From the NCBI GenBank assembly GCA_965261105.1, contig CBDHCM010000006.1:1540405-1604404 (forward strand): 64,000 nt of DNA, given 5' to 3'. This DNA comes from Candidatus Aldehydirespirator sp. (GTDB lineage Bacteria; Actinomycetota; Acidimicrobiia; Acidimicrobiales; Aldehydirespiratoraceae). The notes below the pieces were generated by a model, which made no database searches, was not told where the DNA came from, and saw nothing but the letters and a program-made list of their open reading frames with translations. The stretch's first letter is position 1. Every line of letters begins with the position of its first letter. The position numbers were made by a program, and so were the translations under genes. Below, piece after piece: positions 26,372-35,805 of the stretch.

Positions 26372-28396
26372 GTGAACCGGCTCGGCGGTGAGACCAGCCC
26401 CTACCTGCGCCAGCATCGCGACAACCCGGCGGACTGGTACCCGTGGGGCTCCGAGGCCTTCGCGGCGGCGGCCGAGCGGGACCGTCCGGTGCTGCTGTCG
26501 GTCGGCTACTCGAGCTGCCACTGGTGTCATGTGATGGCCCACGAGTCCTTCGAGGATCCCGACACTGCGGCCATCATGAACCGGCTGTTCGTCAACGTGA
26601 AGGTGGACCGCGAGGAGCGCCCCGACGTGGACGCCATCTACATGGACTCGGTGCAGGCCATGACCGGCCGGGGCGGCTGGCCCATGACCGTGTTCCTCAC
26701 CCCCGACGGCCGGCCCTTCTTCGGCGGCACCTACTACCCGGACCGGCCCCGGGGTGGCATGGCCTCGTTCCGCCAGGTGATGGCGGCCATCGACGAGGCC
26801 TGGACCAACCGCCGAGCCGACGTGCAGGCCCAGGCCGACCAGCTGGTAACGCTGATCGATCGGACGTCGCGTGCCGCCGCGTCGCTCAGCGCGGAGGCTG
26901 CAGCCGACTCCGTGGCCGACGGCCGGGCTCTGGACCAGGCCGGCGACGCCATCCTCGCCTCCTTCGACCCCCAGTGGGGAGGCTTCGGTGGCGCCCCCAA
27001 GTTCCCCGCGGCCATGACGCTGGCCTCGACGCTGCGCATCCACCACCGCAGCAACCGCCCCGAGCTGCTGCGGGCGGTGCGGACCAGCCTCGACGCCATG
27101 GCCTCCGGCGGCATCTACGACCATCTCGGGGGCGGGTTCGCCCGCTACTCGGTGGACCATCAGTGGCTGGTGCCCCACTTCGAGAAGATGCTGTACGACA
27201 ACGCCCTGCTGACCCGGGCCTACCTGCATGCATGGATGGTGACCGGCGAGGCTGCCTACCGGCAGGTGGTGGACGAGACCATCGGCTATGTGCTGCGGGA
27301 CCTGCGCCACTCCGACGGCGGCTTCTACTCGGCCGAAGATGCCGACTCCGAGGGCGTCGAGGGCAAGTTCTACGTGTGGTCCGAGCCGGAGCTGCGAGCC
27401 GTCGTGCGGGCCGCTGCGGGTGACGAGGCCGTCGACGCGGCCGTGGCCTGGTGGGGGGTGACCGCGGCCGGGAACTTCGAGGGGGCCAACATCTTGAACC
27501 GGCCGGTGCGGGGCGACCTGCTGCGGCCAGACACGGTTGAGGCCGCCCGCCAGGCGCTGTTCATCTGCCGGGAGAGCCGGGTGCGGCCCGGCCTCGACGA
27601 CAAGGTCCTCACGGAGTGGAACGGCCTGATGCTGGCCGCGCTGGTTGAGGCCGCGGCCGCCACCGGCGACCCCGAGTGGCGGGCCGCCGCGCTGGCCAAC
27701 GGCGAGTTCCTGGTGGGCAACCTGCGGCGCGGCGACGGGCGCTGGCTGCGCTCCTGGCAGGCGGGCGACTCCGACCGGCCCGCCCAGGCCCGCCACCTGG
27801 CCTACGCCCACGACTACGCGGCCATCATCGATGCCTTCACGAGGTTGGGCGAGCTCTCGGGCCAGGCCCGCTGGATCGACGAGGCCCGGGCCGCGGCCGA
27901 CGGCCTGCTGGAGCTGTTCTGGGACGACGAGTCGGGCGGCGTGTTCACCACCGGCTCCGACGCCGAGAAGCTCGTGACCCGGCCCAAGGACCTCATGGAC
28001 AACGCCACCCCGTCGGCCCAGTCGCTGGCCGCCTGCGGGCTGCTCCGGCTGGCCGCGCTCACCGGCGCGGTCCGCTACGACGAGCACGGCCGCCGCATCG
28101 CCGCCCTGTTCAGCCCCGCGGCGGCCCAGCATCCCACCGCCTTCGGTCGGGCGCTGGAGGCCGTAGACATGGCTGCTCACGGCCTCGACGAGATCGCGGT
28201 GGTCGGCGACCGGGCCGACCTGGTAGCCGCAGTGCAGACCCGCTACCTGCCCGGTGCGGTCCTGGCCTGGGGCGAGCCCTACGACTCCCCGCTGTGGGCG
28301 GGCCGGGCCGAGGGCCTCGCCTACGTCTGCCGCGACTTCGCCTGCCAGTCCCCCACCGCCACCGCCGAGGACCTAGTCGCCCAGCTCGAAGCCTGA
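26372..28396 (+). CDS. Thioredoxin-domain protein of the DUF255/YyaL family
   Basis: [60 protein letters not shown] is the hallmark N-terminus. A long alpha/alpha-toroid-like C-terminal part follows. Confidence 0.85.
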   Translation: MNRLGGETSPYLRQHRDNPADWYPWGSEAFAAAAERDRPVLLSVGYSSCHWCHVMAHESFEDPDTAAIMNRLFVNVKVDREERPDVDAIYMDSVQAMTGRGGWPMTVFLTPDGRPFFGGTYYPDRPRGGMASFRQVMAAIDEAWTNRRADVQAQADQLVTLIDRTSRAAASLSAEAAADSVADGRALDQAGDAILASFDPQWGGFGGAPKFPAAMTLASTLRIHHRSNRPELLRAVRTSLDAMASGGIYDHLGGGFARYSVDHQWLVPHFEKMLYDNALLTRAYLHAWMVTGEAAYRQVVDETIGYVLRDLRHSDGGFYSAEDADSEGVEGKFYVWSEPELRAVVRAAAGDEAVDAAVAWWGVTAAGNFEGANILNRPVRGDLLRPDTVEAARQALFICRESRVRPGLDDKVLTEWNGLMLAALVEAAAATGDPEWRAAALANGEFLVGNLRRGDGRWLRSWQAGDSDRPAQARHLAYAHDYAAIIDAFTRLGELSGQARWIDEARAAADGLLELFWDDESGGVFTTGSDAEKLVTRPKDLMDNATPSAQSLAACGLLRLAALTGAVRYDEHGRRIAALFSPAAAQHPTAFGRALEAVDMAAHGLDEIAVVGDRADLVAAVQTRYLPGAVLAWGEPYDSPLWAGRAEGLAYVCRDFACQSPTATAEDLVAQLEA

Positions 28397-28473
28397 CCGG
28401 CGCCCTACCCGGGATGTTGCCACCCACGTAGTGGGAGGCCAGGGGAAGTTCGGCCGTCGCCGCGGCTGATGGG

Positions 28474-28866
28474 CTAGGCCGGGGCCGCTACCTCGATCCC
28501 GGCCGATGCGGCCGCCCGGGCCAGCACGCTGTCGTAGGTGACCAAGCCGTCGAGATCGTCACCGAGGTCGAGCGCGGCGGCCAGATGGATGGCGTCGAGG
28601 CTGCGAAGTGAGGCGGGGTCGAGCCGTCCCGCCTGCTCGAAGACGGCGGTTGTGACCTGGGTGAGCGTCACAGCCTCGAGCAGACGCCGGGCGGCAACTG
28701 CGCGGTCGGGAGCGGTCCGTCGCACGACTCTCAGAAGCTCGGTCCGGGCCAGATCGCACGACACTGGCTCGCGGGGCTCGACCGCCAGCCATTCCCGGAG
28801 CGCACCTGTCTCAGGCTCGTCGACGATCAGCTTCACGAGTGCTGACGTGTCCATGTAGTGGGCCAC
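28474..28866 (-). CDS. vapC: PIN-domain toxin (VapC-type)
   Basis: MAHYMDTSALVKLIVDEPE...DAIHLAAAL, with conserved acidic PIN residues. It lies 3 nt downstream of the antitoxin ORF. Confidence 0.8.
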   Translation of the reverse strand: MAHYMDTSALVKLIVDEPETGALREWLAVEPREPVSCDLARTELLRVVRRTAPDRAVAARRLLEAVTLTQVTTAVFEQAGRLDPASLRSLDAIHLAAALDLGDDLDGLVTYDSVLARAAASAGIEVAAPA

Positions 28867-28868
28867 GG

Positions 28869-29132
28869 TCAGTACCGCTCAGTGGCGCGCATGGCCTCCA
28901 GTTGCTCAGAGAGGCTCGGCCCTTCGGACGGCGGGGGCAGTTCGGCGATGTCTCGGCGCGCCAAACGGGCCCGGCCCGACGAGAGGAGCTCCTCCAGACG
29001 CGATGAGGTGACCGCCGTCAGCCGGGCAACCGGGCGGCCCCGGACCGTGACCGTGATGACCTCGCCGGCTGCGGCGTCGGCCACCACTGCGGATGCGTTC
29101 TGCTTGAGCGCCCTCACACCGATCTCATTCAT
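28869..29132 (-). CDS. Type II antitoxin (Phd/YefM-like fold)
   Basis: The 87-aa protein MNEIGVRALKQNASAVVADAAAGEVITVTVRGRPVARL is a typical antitoxin N-terminus, placed upstream of the PIN toxin. Confidence 0.75.
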   Translation of the reverse strand: MNEIGVRALKQNASAVVADAAAGEVITVTVRGRPVARLTAVTSSRLEELLSSGRARLARRDIAELPPPSEGPSLSEQLEAMRATERY

Positions 29133-29220
29133 GTTCTACATTGTAGCACAATTAGCCTGCATGCGAGTGCTGGGGATCTAGTGCTCTAAGGCTGAGCCAC
29201 CTGGGTTCTGTGCCGGTTCT

Positions 29221-30771
29221 TCACCAAAGCGGGCCTGCATGCGCATCCAGCGGAGGTGGGGCCCGCTGGTTCGGAGTCCCGTTGCGTATGGCCACGGCTT
29301 CTCGCAACGCGGCCCGCGCCGCTGCAGGTCCGGACCGCGTGCTGCGGGGATCGGACGGCGGTGGGTCGGGGGCCTGGGGGATGCCGGCATGGGGCAGTTC
29401 CGATCGTTCGGGGGCGCCTGCGGTGCCGGCTGGGAGCCGCGGCGGCACAGGCCCGGGGTCGGGGGCCTGGGGGATGGCGGCATGGGGCAGTTCCGATCGT
29501 TCGGGGGCGCCTGCGGTGCCGGCTGGGAGCCGCGGCGGCACAGGCCCGGGGTCGGGGGCTATGCCGGGCAGGTGCAAGATGGGGTTTTCGGGGGCGCGCG
29601 CTGGGCCGTAGTTCACCCGGTCGGGCGGGTGCAGGGTGTGGATGCCGTCGAGGCTCGTGCGGATCTGCCAGCCGTGGTGGTGGATCTTCTGGTGGCAGTC
29701 CCAACAGACCGGCACCATATTGTCGAGTCTGGTGGATCCGCCTTGTGAGACCGGCTTGATGTGGTGGATCTGGCACATGGCCGGGTTTGCTCCGCAGTGG
29801 AAGCAGCCGCCGTATTGGGCGATGAGGATCTGGCGTTGGGCTTCGGTGGCGGTGCGCACCGAGTGTGTGCGCCAAATCGGTTTGCCCTAGCGGTCATAGA
29901 CGACGCCGGTGAACTTGGCATTGCAGGCGAATTCCTCGAGGACCGCCCGGGGCAGCCGATCGCCGCCGGCTAGCTCGGCCACGAGCTTGCCGGTTTCGTC
30001 GTCGACGTGCGCGACGACGCAGATGTCGGCGAATGGCTTGCTGGTGGCTGTGATGTTGTTGGCGGTGAGCGCATCGAGGGCGTCGGCCATGCACTGGTGG
30101 AAGCTGCGACGCTCAGAATCACTACTGGCCTGCTTCTTGTCGGCGTCATAGAGGCGACGGGCTTCGGCCTGGAGCCGGTTGCCGATGCGCCGCCCGGTGA
30201 CGGGGTCGAATTCGCCGTGGAGGCGCACCATCCCGTCGTCGGTGTCCCAGATCCGCAGGCAGCGCTTGGCCCGCAGCCGCCGATAGTCGGCCTCGCCGCC
30301 GTCGCCTTGCCGGTCCGTGGCCCAGCGTCGGGCTTCGCGGGTGAACTGCTCGGGGCGCATCGACTCGGCCTTGGCCAACAACTCCCCGTCAGACTCGACG
30401 GCCTCGGCGCTGGTCTTCTCGATGACCTCAGCGAGCCGCTTGGCGTTGGCCGACGAAACCCGGCCTTCCTCCACCGCGTCGCGCACCGCGGGTGTCGCCG
30501 CGATGGTCTTGGCCGTCTTGACCTGACTGTGCGCATCGCGTCTGCTCAGCCCGGCAGCATCAGCGAGCACCTGCACACCGCCGTCGCCGTGGCGCTCCAC
30601 CCCGGCGACCACCCTGGCCGCGGTCGTCTGGGCGGCCGACACAACCGCCACCGCGGACTTGCACGCCGCAAGAACCTCGCGCGCCTCCGCACACGACATC
30701 GTCCCGCCGTTGACCGCCGCGAGCATCTCCCTGGCGGCGGCTTCAACCCGGCGGACTGCTTCGATCAGCAT
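29221..30771 (-). pseudogene. DUF222 + HNH endonuclease (13E12-repeat-type) gene interrupted by an in-frame TAG at 29887-29889
   Basis: ORFs 29887..30771 (DUF222-like) and 29221..29859 (CFHCGANPAMCQIHHIKPVSQGGSTRLDNMVPVCWDCHQKIHH, HNH) are in the same frame. The read-through sequence is VVYDR-stop-GKPIWRTHSVRTATEAQ. Confidence 0.75.
29365..29550. repeat. In-frame 93-bp tandem duplication in the HNH gene tail
   Basis: It encodes APDPGPVPPRLPAGTAGAPERSELPHA(A/G)IPQ twice. The units are 29365-29457 and 29458-29550. Confidence 0.9.
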
Positions 30772-30783
30772 GAGGACAGTATC

Positions 30784-30797
30784 TCACACCGGTGTGA
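30784..30797. promoter_or_regulatory. Perfect 14-bp palindrome TCACACCGGTGTGA upstream of the DUF222-HNH gene
   Basis: It lies 13 nt upstream of start 30771, at the edge of the low-GC divergent intergenic region 30772-30965. Confidence 0.35.
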
Positions 30798-30965
30798 CAT
30801 CTGTCGAGTATTTACAAGCTATATAATAATATTTGCTGGCAGTAGGCTACACTATCGGGCCAACCGCTGACCGATGGACGATGATGGTGCTCCCGAATCA
30901 CCGGCATCCGAACTCAGAGCAAGCACGGAAACGCACTGGAAATAGATGACCACTACAATGGCCAT

Positions 30966-31193
30966 ATGGTGAGGCAAGTGACCGCGACGCAGGCTAAGGC
31001 GCAAATCCTGGGTCTGCTTGATGAGGTGGCCGCCGGTGCGGAGATCGAGATAACCAAGCACGGCCGGACTGTGGCCCGGCTTGTGCCTGCTAGGGGTCCG
31101 GCGGCCTTCGTCGGCATGCTCGCAGGTTCAGTGACGAGCACCCTCGAGGACGAGGCCCTGTACTCGACCGGCGAGGACTGGAGCGCCAGTTGA
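30966..31193 (+). CDS. Type II antitoxin (Phd/YefM family)
   Basis: MVRQVTATQAKAQILGLLDEVAAGAEIEITKHGRTVARLVP. There is a 4-nt overlap (TTGA) with the downstream PIN gene. Confidence 0.8.
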   Translation: MVRQVTATQAKAQILGLLDEVAAGAEIEITKHGRTVARLVPARGPAAFVGMLAGSVTSTLEDEALYSTGEDWSAS

Positions 31194-31582
31194 GCACGGT
31201 GCTGCTCGACACACATGCGGTCCATTGGGCATCGGCCGAACCGGAGCGCCTCAGTGCGGCAGCCGCACGGGCTGTCGGCGAGGCCGACCAGCTCGCGGTG
31301 GCGTCGGTTACGTGGTACGAGCTGGCGTGGCTGGCGCTGAACGGCCGCATAGTGCCCCAGCGCCCGGTGGGGTCGTGGCTCGACGATCTGGCGCGGTCGC
31401 TCATCACCGTCCCACTCACCCCCGCCATTGCGGTGACCGCATGCTCGCTGCCCGGGTCGTTCTCGGGAGACCCTGCTGACCGCCAGATCTACGCGACGGC
31501 CGCTAATCTGGGCTGGCCGCTGGTCTCCAAGGACAGGCGCCTGCGGGATTACGTCGGCGACGCCGTCGACGTCGTCTGGTAG
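31190..31582 (+). CDS. vapC: PIN-domain toxin (VapC-type)
   Basis: (M)STVLLDTHAVHWASAEPERLS...ADRQIYATAANLGWPLVSKDRRL. Confidence 0.8.
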   Translation: MSTVLLDTHAVHWASAEPERLSAAAARAVGEADQLAVASVTWYELAWLALNGRIVPQRPVGSWLDDLARSLITVPLTPAIAVTACSLPGSFSGDPADRQIYATAANLGWPLVSKDRRLRDYVGDAVDVVW

Positions 31583-31835
31583 TCCGGGCGCAGCCTTCCC
31601 AGTGTCAGGGTGTGCTCGGGTGGTGCCACCGTTCGGCTGCCGCGAAGTTGGGAGGCTCAGTCGTGGGTTCTCCAGGCCTGGGCGGGACGCGGTCGGGTTC
31701 CTTGCGTGCACCAATGCGTCGAAGGGGCGCCAACTGGGGGCGCCGGCGGCTGGGGGGGGGCGGGCTGTTGGCGGCGTTGGTGATTCAGGCGGCTTCAGTA
31801 TTTCCGGGTCTGGCGGGTTGTCGTAGCGGATCGGT

Positions 31836-32501
31836 TCAGAGGCCTGCGAGGGGATCGGCCGCGACGAGCAGGTCGGCAGCGCCGATGGCGGTGATGCGGT
31901 CAGCGAGGGCGAAGCGGTGCTCGCCGGCGTGCACGACGACGAGGCGGTCGAGCGCGAGGTCGGCCAAGGCGCTGTGCATCGACTTGGTCGTTGAGGGTCG
32001 GTCGGTGCGTTTGATCTTGAATCCGACCACCTTCCCGTCGATCTCGAGCCGCAGGTCGAGCTCGGCCCCGCCATGGGTCGCCCAGAACGCCGCCGCAGCG
32101 TCGCCGAAGCGCGCCAGAAGCTGTTCGAGCACCATTCCCTCCCAGCTCGCGCCGAGCTTGGGGTGGCGTTCGAGGTCGAGCCGGCTGCCGATCCCGAGCA
32201 GGCGGTGCAACAAGCCGCTGTCGCGGACATACATCCGGGGCGCCTTCACCTGTCGTTTCGAGATGTTCGCGAACCAGGCCGGAAGCTGGCGCACAACGAG
32301 AGCGTCGGTCAGCGCATCGACGAGCCGGCGCACCGTCTTCTCAGAGACATCGATCGAGCGGGCGATCGCCGCCGCGTTCCATGTCTGGCCGTGGTAGTGG
32401 GCGAGCATCGTCCAGAACCGGCGCATCGTCGCGGCCGGGAAACGGAATCCGAAGCCGGCCAGGTCTCGTTCCAGGAAGGTCGCTATGTAGTCGTCTCGCA
32501 C
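31836..32501 (-). pseudogene. DUF4143-domain protein, apparently an N-terminally truncated AAA ATPase remnant
   Basis: The 221-aa ORF starts at ...[46 protein letters not shown]. In full-length family members as I recall them, this follows a ~170-aa AAA domain that is missing here. Confidence 0.5.
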
Positions 32502-32658
32502 CGCCGCTGTCGACTCGTGTGTAGGTGTTCGGCTCGTCGGTCACGCGCTCATCATATCCTTGAAAAACTGCCAGGAATGAGCTGATTTGCAAGGTTGAGG
32601 TCGGCGTGACTCCGTCTCGGAGGGCCGGAGAGCAGTCTCCGCCCAGGCTGGCGCTTTC

Positions 32659-33876
32659 TCAGGCGGCGGCCTTCTCGAGGATGTGGACTCCGCAGGCGGA
32701 GGCCAGGCCGATGACGTGGGCCAGGCCGACGGTGGCGCCCTCCACCTGGCGGTCGCCGGCCTCGCCCCGCAGGTGGGTGGTCACCTCGTAGACGTTGGCC
32801 ACGCCGGTGGCGCCGATGGGATGGCCCTTGGAGATCAGCCCGCCGGAGACGTTCACCGGGGTGGCGCCGTCGCGGAACGGCCCGCCGCCGTCGATGAACT
32901 CCCCCGCGCCACCGGGCTCGCAAAGGCCCAGGTTGTCGTAGTGGATCAACTCGGCGGTGGCGAAGCAGTCGTGCAACTCCACCAGGTCCAAGTCCTCGGG
33001 GCCGACCCCGGCCGCTTCGTAGGCCTGGGCCGCGGCGCTGCGGGTGAGGGTGTTCACGTCCGGCTGCACCTGGCAGTCCTCGGTGAACGGGTCCGAGGTC
33101 AGCACCGACGCCGAGACCTTCACCGCCCGCTTCTGGACGCGGCCCGGCATCGACGCCAGCCGCTCCCCCGACACCAGCACCACCGCAGCCGCGCCGTCGC
33201 CGGTCGGGCAGCACATCAGCACGGTGTTGGGGTAGCTCATCATCGGGGACTCCATGATCTCGTCGAGGGAGAACTCCTTCTGGTACTGCGCCAGCGGGTT
33301 GAGCGTCGAGTGGAGATGGTTCTTGTAGGCCACCCGGGCGAACTGCTCGAAGCCCACCCCGTCGTGGTCGTGGGCGTAGGCCATGCCGGCCTGGGCGAAC
33401 ACTCCGGGCATGGTCTCGGTGCCGAGGTGGCCGTCCACGCCGGTGACCGCGCCGTAGCGGCCGGAGGGCTCGAAGACCTTCTTCTCCTTCTTGGAGGCTC
33501 CGCCGCCCAAGAGGCCCATCTTGCCCATCTTCTCGGCTCCCACGGCCAGGCCGATCTGGGCCTCGCCCGAGCGGATGGCCATCATCACGGTGCGGATGGC
33601 GGTGGCCCCGGTGGCGCAGGCGTTGGCCACGTTGTAGACGGGCACACCGGTCTGGCCGATCTGCTTCTGGATGCGCTGGCCCACCGCCCCTGAGGCCTGG
33701 AACAGCGACCCGCAGGCCAGCACGTCGATGTCGCCCACAGTGACCTCGCCGTCGGCCAGCGCGCCCATGGCGCTCTGCGAGGCCAGGTCGATAAGATCCC
33801 GGTCCGGGTAGCGGGCGAAGCGGGTCATGTGAGCGCCGAGCACCCACACGCTGTCCGGAGAGATCTGGGCTGCCAT
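32659..33876 (-). CDS. Thiolase-fold protein (SCP-x/lipid-transfer-type thiolase)
   Basis: 405 aa. It has the active-site Cys context VYNVANACATGATAI and the C-terminal motifs LHDCFA and GGLISKGHPIGATG. Confidence 0.85.
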   Translation of the reverse strand: MAAQISPDSVWVLGAHMTRFARYPDRDLIDLASQSAMGALADGEVTVGDIDVLACGSLFQASGAVGQRIQKQIGQTGVPVYNVANACATGATAIRTVMMAIRSGEAQIGLAVGAEKMGKMGLLGGGASKKEKKVFEPSGRYGAVTGVDGHLGTETMPGVFAQAGMAYAHDHDGVGFEQFARVAYKNHLHSTLNPLAQYQKEFSLDEIMESPMMSYPNTVLMCCPTGDGAAAVVLVSGERLASMPGRVQKRAVKVSASVLTSDPFTEDCQVQPDVNTLTRSAAAQAYEAAGVGPEDLDLVELHDCFATAELIHYDNLGLCEPGGAGEFIDGGGPFRDGATPVNVSGGLISKGHPIGATGVANVYEVTTHLRGEAGDRQVEGATVGLAHVIGLASACGVHILEKAAA

Positions 33877-33928
33877 TGTCGTGCTGCCTCCCTTGGGGTG
33901 TCGATGTGGCTCCGGGCCGATGCCGTCC

Positions 33929-34327
33929 TCAGACGGGCTCGTAGCCGAAGGCGACGGCCTCGGTGCCGTCGTCGTCGGTGCCGATCGGATGGGTGGTGAG
34001 CCGCACCCGCATGCCGAGCTTTATCGTCTCGGGCGCCGGGTCGCAGTTCACTACGTTGGCGCGCACCGAGGTGCCGTCGTCGGTCTTGACGATGGCCGAC
34101 ACGAACGGCACCGGGATGCCCGGCGCAGCCCGATGGACGATGGTGAAGGCCCTCAGCTCGCCTGAGCCTGAAACCGCAGCCGGCGCGAACTCGGTCAGGC
34201 CGCAGCGCGCGCAGGCGTTGCGCCGGTCGAAGTACCGCGCCCCGCAATTGGCGCACTCATGGGCCACCAGGTGCGGTTCCGGCTCGAGGTGCAGGTAGTC
34301 GACGAGTGGAACTCGAGCCGTGGCCAT
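33929..34327 (-). CDS. DUF35 OB-fold/zinc-ribbon protein (thiolase partner)
   Basis: From ATG 34327: MATARVPLVDYLHLEPEPHLVAHECANCGARYFDRRNACARCG (rubredoxin-like CxxC...CxxC), then an OB-fold region. Confidence 0.8.
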   Translation of the reverse strand: MATARVPLVDYLHLEPEPHLVAHECANCGARYFDRRNACARCGLTEFAPAAVSGSGELRAFTIVHRAAPGIPVPFVSAIVKTDDGTSVRANVVNCDPAPETIKLGMRVRLTTHPIGTDDDGTEAVAFGYEPV

Positions 34328-34365
34328 CGCCGCGAAGGCTAACAGCGATCCCGGTTGTATACCGC

Positions 34366-34965
34366 TTACCAGCGGGACCGGTGGAGCACCTCGCCGAGTG
34401 CGGGCCGGCCGCGGCGCGCCGAGCTGCTCGGCCTGTCGTCGCCGGCGGGATGGCCGATGGCGACGGTGCCCACCCCCCGGCGGTCGGGGGGCACGCCGAA
34501 GCGCCGGCGAACCGCCCGCTCGTGATCGAACATTCCGAAGAGGGCCGCGCCGAGGCCGCGGTCCTGCGCGGCCAGGAGCATGGTCATCGACGCAGCTCCG
34601 CCGTCGACGAACCAGTAGGGCACCGGCCAGGCCTTCGCGCCGGCGCCCAGGCCGGTGCCGCTCTTGTCGGGCCGGCGGTAGCGGCTCAGGTACCCGCCCA
34701 GGTTGGCCCACACCACCACCAGCACCGGGGCGGCCAGCAGGCCGGGCCAGGCGAAGCCGTCGCGCCGCTCGGGCGGCAGAGTCACGTCCCAGTAGGCCGC
34801 AGCGTCGTCGCCCTCCAGCACCAGGAACTCCACTCCCACAGCGTTGCCCGCGGTCGGCGCTCTCCGGGCTAGGTCGCAGATCTCGTCGACCGTCCCCGGC
34901 GTTAGCGGTTCGCCCGTGAAGGAGCGCACCATCCGGCGCCGACGGACCGCGTGCTCGAACTCCAT
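34366..34965 (-). CDS. Nitroreductase-family protein
   Basis: MEFEHAVRRRRMVRSFTGEPLTPGTVDEICDLARRAPTAGN is the typical nitroreductase N-terminus. Confidence 0.75.
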   Translation of the reverse strand: MEFEHAVRRRRMVRSFTGEPLTPGTVDEICDLARRAPTAGNAVGVEFLVLEGDDAAAYWDVTLPPERRDGFAWPGLLAAPVLVVVWANLGGYLSRYRRPDKSGTGLGAGAKAWPVPYWFVDGGAASMTMLLAAQDRGLGAALFGMFDHERAVRRRFGVPPDRRGVGTVAIGHPAGDDRPSSSARRGRPALGEVLHRSRW

Positions 34966-35006
34966 GGGTGGCTCCGCCGCGCCGGCAGACGGGCGCGACC
35001 GCCTCC

Positions 35007-35687
35007 CTACAGCAGCTTCTCGAGCTCCTCGGCCATCACCCAGCTGTGCACGATCAGGGTGTCGCCGTCGACTCTGGCCAGGCCGTCGAGCAGGGCCGCG
35101 GTGTCGGGTGGGATCTGGTCGGGCTTGAGGCTGGCGTGGTCGAGCACTACCGGAGGACCGCCCTTGCCCCGGGTGGTGAAGATGCGGTCCTCATAGCTGA
35201 GCGCTCCAATGCCGAAGCGCTTGGCGAGGCGGCGGCCCCAGGCCCGCTCCTCGCCTGTCGCCTTGTGGCCGGGCCGGGGGACGATGTCGTGGAGGTTCTT
35301 GAAGGCCTCGAAGGCGCCCGGATCGTTGATCTGCATCCCGACGAGCACGTCCTCGTCGGGGAAGGACAGGGCGGCCCGGCGCAGCTGGTCGGTCACGATG
35401 CCGCGCAGAACGGTGTCGCGGCGGGTTGTGCGGCAGGTGTGGCCGGCGCCGACGATCACGCACGGGGTTCCGCCGACGCGCTCCAGGGTGCAGAACGAGA
35501 AGCCTCGAAGCCTGCCGTTGTCGCGGGCCTCGGTCACCAGCACCCAGGCCTCGGCTTGCTTGGAGAGGGAGCCCACCTCGTAGGCGCTGGATGAGACGGC
35601 GCAGAGATCGGCCATCTCAGCGAGATCGGAATCCCCAAGTGCGGTGCAATCCCTGGTCTCGATCGCGATTGCCATGGCGGTTCCCAC
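35007..35687 (-). CDS. Hypothetical protein
   Basis: 226-aa ORF with coding-like composition. No family recognised. Confidence 0.5.
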   Translation of the reverse strand: MGTAMAIAIETRDCTALGDSDLAEMADLCAVSSSAYEVGSLSKQAEAWVLVTEARDNGRLRGFSFCTLERVGGTPCVIVGAGHTCRTTRRDTVLRGIVTDQLRRAALSFPDEDVLVGMQINDPGAFEAFKNLHDIVPRPGHKATGEERAWGRRLAKRFGIGALSYEDRIFTTRGKGGPPVVLDHASLKPDQIPPDTAALLDGLARVDGDTLIVHSWVMAEELEKLL

Positions 35688-35805
35688 CCCTGTCTATCGC
35701 CCGTGCCGTCCGCTCCAGTCTCAGGGGTGTGGGGCCGTTTCGCAACCCTCACAGCACCGTTTCGCACCCGGCGCGAGCGGGTTGAACCGTGCCGTGTGGG
35801 ATCGA

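Noticed and set aside
29887-29889. The in-frame TAG in the HNH gene as programmed recoding (pyrrolysine or suppression).
   Set aside because: Nothing here suggests Pyl machinery. The gene belongs to a family that commonly decays, and the islet contains other gene fragments. A pseudogene is the simpler reading.
31752-31760. A G9 homopolymer as a phase-variation switch.
   Set aside because: It lies in a stretch with no convincing ORF or promoter context. The only overlapping ORF (31602..31826) has a non-coding-like Gly/Arg composition.
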